From assembly GCF_018645325.1 (NCBI RefSeq), contig NZ_JABGOU010000019.1: a stretch of 64,000 nt of DNA, one strand, 5' to 3'. Below are positions 29,336-38,878 of this stretch, piece after piece; the first letter of the stretch is position 1; every line of letters begins with the position of its first letter. The position numbers were made by a program, and so were the translations under genes. Source of the stretch: Desulfobacula sp. (GTDB lineage: Bacteria > Desulfobacterota > Desulfobacteria > Desulfobacterales > Desulfobacteraceae). The notes beneath the pieces were generated by a model. The model was not told the origin of the DNA. It did no database searches and saw only the letters and a program-made list of their open reading frames with translations.

Positions 29336-29585
29336 ATACCCGTTCTGGCCAGTTTACCTTTCCATCGCTGGATGGTAAATATTGACAGGCTCTATGTCGG
29401 GCTACACTTGTGGCGGAAAAACTTAGGTTCCCTCAAACAGTTCCCGCCATTTAACGTTACGCCCGCCAGAGCCTTTAACAACACGTTCCAAAATGCTCAT
29501 CCAAGGCAAATTGACCTGAACTAGTTGCTGTGCCTACAATTACAATCATTGTAGCGGATAGCAGAGCAAAATATTGTTTACATGC
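29336..29585 (+). repeat. Long copy of repeat family A with an extra internal hairpin
   Basis: Starts tacccgttctggccagttt; shares tttccatcgctggatgg..ttgacagg and ccaaaatg..atccaag..caaattgacctgaactagttgc with the 7673-7774 copy; ~29390-29487 absent from that copy; 3' part matches 1-90. Confidence 0.85.
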
Positions 29586-29657
29586 TTTAAAACCAGTATA
29601 AAATATCTTTCTGGTATATTCAGATTAAATAATATGCTATGGAACTAAATTAGAAAA

Positions 29658-30005
29658 ATGATCCTTAATTTAAGGCCTATTCAATTGAACAAAAAGAATA
29701 AAGACGGTGACCTGATTCACATCAGTGACATATTGGCGTCTGCTCTTGGCAGATACAGGCCTGCCATGGATACTCAAATGACAAGGATCTGGGATGTCTG
29801 GGATGAGGCTGTTGGAAAACCCATTGCCATGAATGCTAAACCGGATTCTTTTAAGGAAGGGATACTCATTGTCAATGTGTCAAGCTCTGCCTGGATTCAT
29901 CAGTTAAAATTTCTTGAAAAAGAAATGATCTTGAATATCAATAAAAAACTTGACCATATCCTGGTCAAACAGCTTCGGTTTAAAATTGGAAAAATTCTCA
30001 GCTGA
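29658..30005 (+). CDS. DUF721 / DciA family protein
   Basis: WDEAVGKPIA, GILIVNVSSSAWIHQLKFLE, LRFKIG; start uncertain. Confidence 0.85.
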   Translation: MILNLRPIQLNKKNKDGDLIHISDILASALGRYRPAMDTQMTRIWDVWDEAVGKPIAMNAKPDSFKEGILIVNVSSSAWIHQLKFLEKEMILNINKKLDHILVKQLRFKIGKILS

Positions 30006-30708
30006 TCTTTTATTCAGCTCCCAAAAAAAAATATCCCAGCCTGAAAAAGGCTATCGTTTTTCCTTGGATTCATTTATCCTGGCTGCCCATATTAAACCAA
30101 AGGGTTTTGAAAAAATCATTGATGTTGGATGTGGCTGTGGAATCATGCCTTTGATCCTGGCCGCAAGATATCCAGATCTTAGAATCACAGGTATTGAAAT
30201 TCAAAAAGAACTATATAAGTTTGCCAGAAAAAACATCCTTGCAAACAAACTGGAAAATAAAATATATATTATTCATGAAAACATTAAAAATATAATGCCT
30301 TCCGACATAAAGGGGAAAGCAGATATCATAATTTCAAACCCTCCCTATAAAAAGAAAAATTCCGGCAGACTTAACCCTGATCCTCAAAAAGCAATTGCGC
30401 GCCATGAAATCACCCTTGATATTGATTTATTGTTTAAATGTTCAAAAAGACTGCTCAATGAACAGGGCCGCTTATACATTATTTTTCCTGCGCAAAGGTT
30501 TTCCAGCCTGATACAGACAATGGGACAATATAAATTTGTCCCTGAATTTATCAGGTTTGTCCATATAAAAAAAAACGCAGCGGCAAAAAGAGTTATTATC
30601 CGTGCGGCAAAAAATAGTGGTAAGCCCTGTACCACAGCCCCGCCCTTTTACATATATGGTTCTGACAACAAATATACAAATGACTATGCTTGTCTGTTTA
30701 AACCTTGA
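29950..30708 (+). CDS. tRNA1(Val) A37 N6-methyltransferase-like SAM-dependent methyltransferase
   Basis: QPEKGYRFSLDS, DVGCGCG, NPPY, ARHE; true start probably slightly downstream. Confidence 0.85.
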   Translation: MTISWSNSFGLKLEKFSADLLFSSQKKISQPEKGYRFSLDSFILAAHIKPKGFEKIIDVGCGCGIMPLILAARYPDLRITGIEIQKELYKFARKNILANKLENKIYIIHENIKNIMPSDIKGKADIIISNPPYKKKNSGRLNPDPQKAIARHEITLDIDLLFKCSKRLLNEQGRLYIIFPAQRFSSLIQTMGQYKFVPEFIRFVHIKKNAAAKRVIIRAAKNSGKPCTTAPPFYIYGSDNKYTNDYACLFKP

Positions 30709-30753
30709 CACTTTACCAAAAAGATACTATTTTGCGTTGAATTAATTTAATGA

Positions 30754-30844
<91 letters not shown>

Positions 30845-30873
30845 CTTATCATAATGGCTCATATTAAGATAAC

Positions 30874-32562
30874 ATGTCATACCAAGTATTAGCATTAAAA
30901 TATCGGCCCCAGACATTTGATGACGTTGTAGGCCAGGCACATGTTACAACCACCCTTTCCAATGCAATTTCTTCTGACAGGGTTGCCCATGCCATTCTTT
31001 TCACAGGGCCCAGGGGTACTGGAAAAACAACCATTGCAAGGATTTTAGCCAAGGCAATGAATTGTAAAAAAGGGCCGACACCACTTCCCTGCAACACGTG
31101 TAAAACGTGTTTAGATATTATTGAAGGGCATTGCACAGATGTTTTTGAGATAGACGGTGCATCAAACAACAGTGTTGATCAAATCAGGGATTTAAGGGAA
31201 AATGTCACTTATATGCCTTCATCGGCAGCCTATAAAATATATATTATCGATGAAGTACATATGCTTTCTACTGCTGCATTTAATGCCCTGCTTAAAACTC
31301 TTGAAGAACCGCCTGAACATGTAATGTTCATTTTTGCAACAACGGAAGTACACAAAATCCCTGCTACCATACTTTCAAGATGTCAGCGCCATGACCTTGG
31401 CAGAATTTCCCTGGAAATGATTTCAAATCATTTACAAAAACTTTGCAAAGATGAAGGGTTCAATATTGAAAAACAGGCCCTTGATCTGATTGCCCAGGAA
31501 GCTGACGGCTCCATCAGAGATGCCTTAAGCCTTCTTGACAGGGTTTTATCTGCCTCTTTAAACAAAGAGATCAAACTTGATTTTGTGCTGGACAGTCTTG
31601 GCATCCAGGATCTACAAGTCATGCACGACATATCAGGGGCGATCTTTGAAAATAATGGCTCCCGGCTCATAGAGATTATAGAACGAGTAAACGACTCAGG
31701 AATTGACCTTAAAAAATTTTATGCTGATATTATTTCCCATTTCAGGAATCTGAATGTCATTAAACTCTGCGGTAAAGAAAGCCTTTGTGTTAATATCACA
31801 GATTCTGAAAAAGAAAAAATTTTCCTGACTGTTGCATCATTGTCCAGCGGCTTTATCAATACTATTTTACAAATTCTTTTAGATGAAGAATCCATTATCA
31901 AATATTCATCCCATACAAGAACGGCAATTGAAATGGTCCTGTTAAAACTGCTTCAAGTAAACCCGGGGGCCCAGATCGACAATATCATCAGCAAGCTCGA
32001 TATACTTGCCGCAAAGATAGGTTCGAACAAAACAGTCTCAAACCCGATGCATTCAAAACCCTCAACCCTGCCCCAGGGATTAAAACCTGCACAAAAGGCT
32101 TTTGTGAAAGAGTCTTTGCCCGGGAATAAGGAGGTTCATGAAGTCCGGGAATCAATTCCCACACCCGGATATCAAACAGATTTGCCTCCTTCACCAGAAA
32201 GCGATAAAAAAAGCCGAACATGGCAGGATTTTTTAAACAAGATAGAACCTGAATATCCATTTATGTTTGCCCTGTTTTCCAAAGGAAAGGTAATTGAAAA
32301 AAGCCCTGGAGAACTTATGGTTGAAATTAAAAACGGCTCGTCCTTTGATAAGAAAAGACTTGAAAAAAAAAGGGTGGGGCTGCAAAATATTTGCAAACAA
32401 TTTCTTGGAAAAAATCTTACAATCAAGATAATTTCTAAAAAAAACAAGACTGTTCAAACCAATAACAAGAGAAAAAAAAGAAAAGCCCTACAGGAAGCCT
32501 TAAACCATCCCCTGGTTATTGAAGCTCAAAAAATATTTGATGGCGAGATAATCAATCAATAA
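30874..32562 (+). CDS. dnaX: DNA polymerase III subunit gamma/tau
   Basis: LALKYRPQTF, GPRGTGKTT, EIDGASN, IIDEVHML, NALLKTLEEPP, TILSRCQ. Confidence 0.98.
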   Translation: MSYQVLALKYRPQTFDDVVGQAHVTTTLSNAISSDRVAHAILFTGPRGTGKTTIARILAKAMNCKKGPTPLPCNTCKTCLDIIEGHCTDVFEIDGASNNSVDQIRDLRENVTYMPSSAAYKIYIIDEVHMLSTAAFNALLKTLEEPPEHVMFIFATTEVHKIPATILSRCQRHDLGRISLEMISNHLQKLCKDEGFNIEKQALDLIAQEADGSIRDALSLLDRVLSASLNKEIKLDFVLDSLGIQDLQVMHDISGAIFENNGSRLIEIIERVNDSGIDLKKFYADIISHFRNLNVIKLCGKESLCVNITDSEKEKIFLTVASLSSGFINTILQILLDEESIIKYSSHTRTAIEMVLLKLLQVNPGAQIDNIISKLDILAAKIGSNKTVSNPMHSKPSTLPQGLKPAQKAFVKESLPGNKEVHEVRESIPTPGYQTDLPPSPESDKKSRTWQDFLNKIEPEYPFMFALFSKGKVIEKSPGELMVEIKNGSSFDKKRLEKKRVGLQNICKQFLGKNLTIKIISKKNKTVQTNNKRKKRKALQEALNHPLVIEAQKIFDGEIINQ

Positions 32563-32576
32563 GATAGGAGTAATAA

Positions 32577-32888
32577 ATGATGAAAAATATGAACTCAATG
32601 ATGAAGCAGGCCCAGAATCTTCAGAAAAAAATGATGAAAACTCAAGCAGAACTTGCAAAAAAAACAGTTGAAGCATCTTCTGGCGGAGGCATGGTAAAGG
32701 TCATTGCCAATGGCGGCCAGAAAATCGAATCCATTATTTTTGAAAAAGAAATAATTGATCCAGATGATATTGAAATGCTCCAGGATCTTGTTTTAGCTGC
32801 AGTAAATGATGCATTAAACAAATCCCAGGAAATGGTATCCGCTGAAATGGGTAAACTTACAGGTGGACTCAATATTCCCGGTCTGTAA
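32577..32888 (+). CDS. ybaB: YbaB/EbfC nucleoid-associated protein
   Basis: MMKQAQ, SGGGMVKV, DDIEMLQDLVLAAVNDA; between dnaX and recR. Confidence 0.96.
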   Translation: MMKNMNSMMKQAQNLQKKMMKTQAELAKKTVEASSGGGMVKVIANGGQKIESIIFEKEIIDPDDIEMLQDLVLAAVNDALNKSQEMVSAEMGKLTGGLNIPGL

Positions 32889-32896
32889 AAAAAATG

Positions 32897-33030
32897 GTAA
32901 CTATTCAGCTCTTATTCTTGAAACCGCCCTATCCGATAGATATTTGTTTCGATGCTAAACGCTTAACCTCCTTCAAATATCCATCAGACAGGGCTTTAAG
33001 ATTACTTCTTTTAACGGGCTAAACAATTAC
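32897..33030. mobile_element. 134-bp MITE-like element, family D (GTAACTATTCAG-type ends)
   Basis: Imperfect 15-bp terminal IR gtaactattcagctc / gggctaaacaattac; internal stem gccct..gatatttg / caaatatc..agggc; second copy at 37403-37529. Confidence 0.8.
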
Positions 33031-33035
33031 AAAAA

Positions 33036-33635
33036 ATGAATCATTATCCAAAACCCATTTTAAACCTCATTAACAGCCTGTCAAAGCTTCCTGGTATTGG
33101 GAAAAATACGGCAGAACGACTTGCACTGCACATTCTCCATGCCCCGAATCATGAGGCCGCCAACCTGGCCTGTGACATAATTGAATTGAAAAACAGCATT
33201 CAAATATGTTCAGTTTGCTTTTCCCTGAGTGACAAGGATAAATGCCGGATATGTAATGATCCGCAAAGGGACCAGACCTGTATCTGTGTTGTAGAGAATC
33301 CGGCAGACATGGCAGCCATAGAAAAATCAAATTCTTTTTTTGGAACCTACCATATATTGGGAGGTGCACTGTCTCCCATTGACGGTATCGGACCGGATGA
33401 CATAAGGATAAAAGAGTTATTTCAAAGAGCTAAGTCCCGGACAATCAAAGAAATCATCCTTGCCACCAAAACAAATGTTGAAGGAGAAACCACTGCTTCC
33501 TATATTCTTGAAAAGCTTAAAAAGACCAGGGTCAAACTCACAAGAATAGCATCCGGCATCCCCATGGGGGGTGATTTGCAGTATATTGACCGATTGACTA
33601 TGCAAAAAGCAATGGAAAAAAGATATAATGCCTGA
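33036..33635 (+). CDS. recR: Recombination mediator RecR
   Basis: LPGIGKNTAERLA, C4 zinc finger CSVC..CRIC, ICVVE, EGETTA, IASGIPMGGDLQYID. Confidence 0.97.
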   Translation: MNHYPKPILNLINSLSKLPGIGKNTAERLALHILHAPNHEAANLACDIIELKNSIQICSVCFSLSDKDKCRICNDPQRDQTCICVVENPADMAAIEKSNSFFGTYHILGGALSPIDGIGPDDIRIKELFQRAKSRTIKEIILATKTNVEGETTASYILEKLKKTRVKLTRIASGIPMGGDLQYIDRLTMQKAMEKRYNA

Positions 33636-34065
33636 GAATAAAACCGGAATTGATATTTTTGAATGCCGGCTCTGCGGGGAGTGCTGCAAAGGATTTGGAG
33701 GTACTTATGTTACAAGGCAGGATATCATAAATATCTCAACATTTATTAATTTTGATCCTGAAAAGTTTATCGCCCGATATTGTGACAAATCCGGGTCCCG
33801 AAATGTTTTGACCCGGGGTAAGGACGGGTATTGTATTTTTTTTGACAAGATCAAACAATGTACGATCCATCCGGTAAAGCCTTATATGTGCAAAGCCTGG
33901 CCATATATACAAGTAATCCTTGACCATCCTGAAAACTGGAATGCCATGGCCAATTCCTGTCCGGGCATGAAAAAGGATGTCCCTGATAAAGATCTTCAAA
34001 AGATTGTGGCCGCAGAAAAACAAAGATTGGATAATCCTTCACAGGACATATCATCCCAGAACTAA
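33628..34065 (+). CDS. YkgJ family cysteine-cluster protein
   Basis: CRLCGECC, YCIF, CTIHPVKPYMCKAWP, CPG. Confidence 0.88.
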   Translation: MPENKTGIDIFECRLCGECCKGFGGTYVTRQDIINISTFINFDPEKFIARYCDKSGSRNVLTRGKDGYCIFFDKIKQCTIHPVKPYMCKAWPYIQVILDHPENWNAMANSCPGMKKDVPDKDLQKIVAAEKQRLDNPSQDISSQN

Positions 34066-34180
34066 AAGGCCCTCTATCCATAACCCGTTCCGGTCTGCTT
34101 TTGAATATCCCTCATGAATCGCCTTGGTATCCTCCAGGGCAGGATTGCCATGATCTTGAGGATCGATCCGAGGACAATTT

Positions 34181-34230
34181 ATCACCATTTAGGGAAAATG
34201 GCGGTACTGTCATTTTCCCTAAATGGTGAT
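34181..34230. repeat. Perfect 20-bp inverted repeat
   Basis: atcaccatttagggaaaatg-(gcggtactgt)-cattttccctaaatggtgat. Confidence 0.9.
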
Positions 34231-34498
34231 TTACCCTTAGAAGAATACCTTGAATTTATAGCGACTTTTTGAATCCTGAAAAATTTAAGCTACTATCCAG
34301 AATGGGCCGCTTCAATTTGTTAGTAAGTTTAGTGAGAAAAAATGGTCTATTTGAAATTTTATATAAAATTGAATTTCCTTGAATGCCAGATTCTCAACCT
34401 TATGGAGACTTAAAATCATTTTTAAAACTCAATCTCATTCAATTTTTTGAAAATATTAGCAAAATTATATATTGGTTGGAACGGGATCTTGCTGAGGA

Positions 34499-34673
34499 GG
34501 CAGGGGTATGGGTTGCAGACCATCGTTGATTGGCCTTCTGTACAGGATCTTAACGCAGTGGAGCTTTAAGACTGCCAAGTGTTTGAGCGATAGCGAGTTT
34601 TGGCGGTCAGCGCAACGGAGGTTAGAGCCTGTAAGAAGTTCAAATCGGATGAGCCGCAACCCATGCCACTGCC
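34499..34673. repeat. Long imperfect hairpin element (REP-like)
   Basis: Arms ggcaggggtatgggttgc / gcaacccatgccactgcc; internal tgtttgagcgatagcgagtt; GC-rich against AT-rich flanks. Confidence 0.65.
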
Positions 34674-34831
34674 GGGTTAATGCAAAATAAACATTTTAAA
34701 ACATATCCTTTTTTATATGGAATTACCTGGGCAAGCGATTGAGACAGTGGGGTTAAATTATTCACTCAACTTTCGGAGCTGCCGGATTTGAGTGAGGACA
34801 GGCTTGCAAGGATTTAAGGTCTAAAATTGAG

Positions 34832-35389
34832 TTATTCAGAATAATCGTTCATCCACCATTCGTCCCAACTGGTTTCCATAATATTCTTTGCTATGTTTTT
34901 ACCCATATCTGTTTTAAGTCTTTGCATTACAACAGGCAGCCATTTTTCAGGACCTTTTGCCCCAGTATCCTTTAATTTTTTTAATTCAAGAATAAAAGAT
35001 ATCTGGTCTGCATCCTGCACAAGTTTTGCTTCTTTTGTCTCACTTAAATTAAACTCTTCTATAAGATTTTTAATATCCTTTCCAAATGGAATATTTTTTA
35101 CCAAATGAGAAATTGCTTTATCTTCATCAATTATTGAATATTTTTTTTCAACATAATTAAAATCTCCTGTCCTTGCTTCGGCAATATCGTGAACCAGGGC
35201 CATTGTCACAAGCTTTTCAGTATCAATATCTGCATCTATTTTTGCCATGGCAAGGCAAATAAAGGCTGTCATAAAACTGTGCTCAGCTATACTTTCTTTG
35301 CCTGTCCCTAAAAAAGCATATCCAGATCTGACAATATCCTTTAGTATCCTCACCTCAAACAAAAGGTTGGCAATATGTTTCATTTTCAA
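34832..35389 (-). CDS. HD-domain phosphohydrolase (YfbR-like)
   Basis: RSGY, ESIAEHSF, ALVHDIAEARTGD, DADQI. Confidence 0.88.
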   Translation of the reverse strand: MKMKHIANLLFEVRILKDIVRSGYAFLGTGKESIAEHSFMTAFICLAMAKIDADIDTEKLVTMALVHDIAEARTGDFNYVEKKYSIIDEDKAISHLVKNIPFGKDIKNLIEEFNLSETKEAKLVQDADQISFILELKKLKDTGAKGPEKWLPVVMQRLKTDMGKNIAKNIMETSWDEWWMNDYSE

Positions 35390-35492
35390 TCCAATCCCTT
35401 AATAACAGTAACAATTCTTGACTTTTTATAGAACAGGCAGTTAAATAAAGTCAAGAATTGACGAACAAACAAAAACAGAGCAGGAGTATATT

Positions 35493-36521
35493 ATGTCAGG
35501 CAAAAAAACAATGGCAGCCCTATTCGTGTTAATTTTTTGGATACTTGTTTTTTGTTCAACAGGACTTGCCCAGGTGGAAACTAAATTTATACCAGGAGAA
35601 AACTCAGGGTTTTATTACACCATAAAAAAAGGGGATACATTGTGGAATTTATCTGAAAAATTCTACCATTCACAATGGGACTGGCCCGGGCTCTGGGAGA
35701 TGAATAAAGATATTAAAAATCCCCATTGGATATATCCCGGACAAAAGATACAAGTTTTTTTAAAGGAAAAAACAATTTTAAGACCAAAACTTGCAAATAA
35801 TCCGGAATCCCCGAAAAAAGACTATCCTGTTAAGGTTGAAACCAGTTTTTCTTTTTCTAAAATGGATCATCTGGGATTTCTTAAAAATAGGGCAGAACCC
35901 TCTCTGGGTCAGATTATCAAAGCGCATGACGACAAATTGATGATGTCTGCCAATGATATTGTTTATATAAAACCTTCGACTAAAGATGCCTTGATTTTGG
36001 GTAAGACATATCACATTTTTACAATGGAGACGGTGAAAAAAAAAATCAACCATAATGTGTTTAAGGGAGTAAAGCACATCATAAAAGCCCAGGTTAAAAT
36101 ACTTGAGCATAAACAAAACTATGTCATAGGTTCCATAACTCATGCATACAGGCCTGTAAACAAAGACGACCTGATTATGGAATACTATGAGCGGGTTCCT
36201 GTTTTAACTGTTAAAGATAACCCTGCCCCCATAGATGCAAGACTTATCTGTTCTGAAGATAATCATATCATGATAAATGACTATGTGATTGCTTTTATTG
36301 ATGCAGGCAGTGCCAGAGTTAAACCAGGACAAATATATTCAATTCTCAGAAAAAATAAAATTAAAGACAACAACCAATGGTCTTTAATAAAGGAGAAAAC
36401 TATTCAGCTTGAGAATCTTGAATCCGGGAAATTAATTGTTCTTCATACGGAAGAAACCGCCTCCACAGTCATGATTCTATCTTCAAAGCATGCTATTTTC
36501 CCCAATGACATTATAAATTAG
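35493..36521 (+). CDS. Secreted LysM peptidoglycan-binding protein
   Basis: Signal peptide; YTIKKGDTLWNLS..W.WP.LW.MN..IKNPHWIYPGQ. Confidence 0.9.
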   Translation: MSGKKTMAALFVLIFWILVFCSTGLAQVETKFIPGENSGFYYTIKKGDTLWNLSEKFYHSQWDWPGLWEMNKDIKNPHWIYPGQKIQVFLKEKTILRPKLANNPESPKKDYPVKVETSFSFSKMDHLGFLKNRAEPSLGQIIKAHDDKLMMSANDIVYIKPSTKDALILGKTYHIFTMETVKKKINHNVFKGVKHIIKAQVKILEHKQNYVIGSITHAYRPVNKDDLIMEYYERVPVLTVKDNPAPIDARLICSEDNHIMINDYVIAFIDAGSARVKPGQIYSILRKNKIKDNNQWSLIKEKTIQLENLESGKLIVLHTEETASTVMILSSKHAIFPNDIIN

Positions 36522-36542
36522 TTGGGGACTATTGGGGGATTA

Positions 36543-37382
36543 TTATTCTGCTTTTTCTCTTAAAGCCCTGTAGAGTTTTTGGGTGATCTCTCCTGGTTTA
36601 CCTTTACCCAATGGCACGCCGTCAATTGTTTTTATCCCGAGAATTTCAGTAATCGTGCCAGTTAAGAATGCTTCCTGGGCAGAAAAAAGTTCTGTTTTTG
36701 AAATAAATTTTTCTTGAATCTTTATTCCTATATTGCGGGCGAGATCCATTATTACCATTCTGGTTATGCCGGGAAGAATATTCTTTGTCAAAGGATGGGT
36801 TATGATATTACCATCTTTGACAAGAAAAAAATTTGAACTGGTTCCCTCCCTTACGATTCCGTCCTTTGAAACAAAAATTGCATCAAAGGCGCCCTGATCT
36901 TTGGCTTTTTGTTTAGCCATGGAATTGAAAAGAATCTGTACCGTCTTGATATCACAATTTGACCATCTTTCATCCTGCACAGTGATTATGTCTATTCCTT
37001 TTTTTCTTATTTCAGGATCAAGCTCATTCACCTTTTTTATGGTCATTATTATCTGCAGTTTTATATCTTTTTCCCAGGCATGATCCCTTGGTGCAACCCC
37101 CCTTGAAATCTGGATATAAATACCGGCTCTTTGCATGCCGGCTTTTTTAAAAAGATCATGAACAGCACTTTCTATAAACTCTTTGTCCAGTTTTGGGAAT
37201 GACAGACCTTCCATGGACTTTTGCAGCCTGTCCAAATGTTCTTTCAGACAAAAAAGCTTTCCATTGTAACTTGCTATAAATTCATAAACGGCATCTCCAA
37301 ACTGATACCCTCTGTCCTCAATTGGGACATAGGTCTCTTTAATGGGGCGTATGTCCCCGTTTAGATAGGCTAATTCAGGCAT
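36543..37382 (-). CDS. dat: D-amino acid aminotransferase (PLP fold IV)
   Basis: EDRGYQFGDAVYE, HLDRL, RGVAPRDH, CDIKT, EGTSSNFF, ILPGITR. Confidence 0.85.
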   Translation of the reverse strand: MPELAYLNGDIRPIKETYVPIEDRGYQFGDAVYEFIASYNGKLFCLKEHLDRLQKSMEGLSFPKLDKEFIESAVHDLFKKAGMQRAGIYIQISRGVAPRDHAWEKDIKLQIIMTIKKVNELDPEIRKKGIDIITVQDERWSNCDIKTVQILFNSMAKQKAKDQGAFDAIFVSKDGIVREGTSSNFFLVKDGNIITHPLTKNILPGITRMVIMDLARNIGIKIQEKFISKTELFSAQEAFLTGTITEILGIKTIDGVPLGKGKPGEITQKLYRALREKAE

Positions 37383-37402
37383 ATTTTACTCCTTAAAAAA
37401 TT

Positions 37403-37529
37403 TTCAGCTCTTATGATTGAAACCGCCCTGTCTGATAGATATTTGTTTCGATGCTAAACGCTTAACCTCCTGCAAATATCCATCAGACAAGGCTTTGGGT
37501 ATAACTTTTTTTAAGGGCTGAACAATTAC
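37403..37529. mobile_element. Second copy of family D element (left end eroded)
   Basis: Aligns without gaps to 32904-33030 with scattered substitutions; right end gggctgaacaattac. Confidence 0.85.
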
Positions 37530-37538
37530 AAATAAACT

Positions 37539-38867
37539 TTAATTAAAAAATTCTATTATTGAGGATTTTATTGTTTTAACCAGAATCTCCATCTCTTCAT
37601 CTTTAATAATATAAGGAGGGGCGATTACAAGGGCATCCCCATCAACACCTGCAAGCCCGCTGGATTTATATATTATATAGCCTTTTTCAAAAAGATTATC
37701 CCAGATACCTTCCACAATTTTTAACGAACGTTTAAAGGGCTGTTTTGTTTTCTTATCCTTTACAATCTCAATGCCCCACATAAACCCTTTGCCCCGGACA
37801 TCTCCCACCTGGGGTATGGGCAACAAATGTTTTTTAAGCAAATCCCCTAATTTTTGACCCTTTAATTTCACTCTTTGAACAAGTTTTTCCTTTTCAAGAA
37901 TTTCAAATAAAGCAAGTCCGGCTGCTGCTGCAACACTGTGGTGAGTAAAGGTTCCACCATGCATAAAACCGCCGCTATTGTCCTTAATCGTATTAAAATG
38001 ACTTTCTTTAACCCCAAAGGCGGAAAGCGCCATGACGCCGCCGGCAAGCCCTTTGCCAAGGGTTACAATATCCGGAACAACATCAAAGTGATTACAGGCA
38101 AAAAATTCACCTGTCCTGCCCATGCCACACATTACCTCATCTAAAATAAGAAGTACATTATGGTGCTGACAAATTTTAGCAATTGTATCTAAATATTCTT
38201 TAGGCGGGAAACAAGCTGCTATGGTTGCTCCTGGAACAGTTTCTGCAATAAAGGCCGATATTGTCTGGGGTCCTGCATTTTCAATCATCTCATCTAGGGC
38301 CAAGGCGCATCTCAACTTGCATGAAGGATATTTAAGGCCATAGGCGCACCTATAACAATAGGGAGCCGGGATATGCAGATTTTCCTTTAAAAGTGGGGTA
38401 AAATAAGTCTTAAAACTTGTCCTTCCCATGGCTGCAAGTGAACCCAGGGTTAATCCATGGTATGACTTCCATCTTCCAATAAGACGATACTTAGTTTCAT
38501 CACCATGTTCAATATGAATCTGCCGGGCAAGCTTTATGGCTGCCTCATTGGCTTCAGACCCGCCTGAAAAAAAATAGAACCGGTTAATATCTCCGGGAGC
38601 TTTTTTAGCAAGACTTTTTGCAAGCATCTCAACAGGTTTGGATGCAAACATGGTGGGATGGATATAATCATGGGATAAGACCTGATTATAAATGGCCTTT
38701 GCAATCGTTTGTCTGCCATGGCCTGCATTAACCACAACAGCTCCCCCGCTTGCGTCCATATATTTTTTGCCGTTTTCATCCTCAATATAAATACCATGGG
38801 CGCTTTTAGCCATTGGCAGGCATGTATCTAATCTTCTATGAAACACATTTCCCGGAATTTCTAACAT
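37539..38867 (-). CDS. Class III PLP aminotransferase (YodT / omega-amino-acid type)
   Basis: DASGGAVVVNAGHG, SGGSEANEAAIKLAR, SYHG.TLGSL, LDEVMCGMGRTG, TLGKG, HGGTF. Confidence 0.9.
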   Translation of the reverse strand: MLEIPGNVFHRRLDTCLPMAKSAHGIYIEDENGKKYMDASGGAVVVNAGHGRQTIAKAIYNQVLSHDYIHPTMFASKPVEMLAKSLAKKAPGDINRFYFFSGGSEANEAAIKLARQIHIEHGDETKYRLIGRWKSYHGLTLGSLAAMGRTSFKTYFTPLLKENLHIPAPYCYRCAYGLKYPSCKLRCALALDEMIENAGPQTISAFIAETVPGATIAACFPPKEYLDTIAKICQHHNVLLILDEVMCGMGRTGEFFACNHFDVVPDIVTLGKGLAGGVMALSAFGVKESHFNTIKDNSGGFMHGGTFTHHSVAAAAGLALFEILEKEKLVQRVKLKGQKLGDLLKKHLLPIPQVGDVRGKGFMWGIEIVKDKKTKQPFKRSLKIVEGIWDNLFEKGYIIYKSSGLAGVDGDALVIAPPYIIKDEEMEILVKTIKSSIIEFFN

Positions 38868-38878
38868 TTCTTATCCTT

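Noticed and set aside
32200-32380. A-runs in dnaX (A7 at 32206, A9 at 32363) as a programmed frameshift or slippage site
   Set aside because: The A7G run is not in the A-AAA-AAG reading phase, no clear stimulatory hairpin was seen, and A-runs are very common in this genome.
34060-34180. Minus-strand frame NCPRIDPQDHG...GLWIEAF* as a gene remnant
   Set aside because: No start or recognisable motif, and it overlaps a repeat end (taacccgttccggtctgct).
34199-34211. ggcggtactgtc as an RfaH ops element
   Set aside because: It deviates from GGCGGTAGnnTG, lies in the loop of an inverted repeat, and is not in an operon leader.
35418-35456. cttgacttt-N21-aaagtcaag inverted repeat as an operator
   Set aside because: It is explained more simply as two back-to-back -35 boxes (TTGACT) of the divergent HD and LysM promoters.
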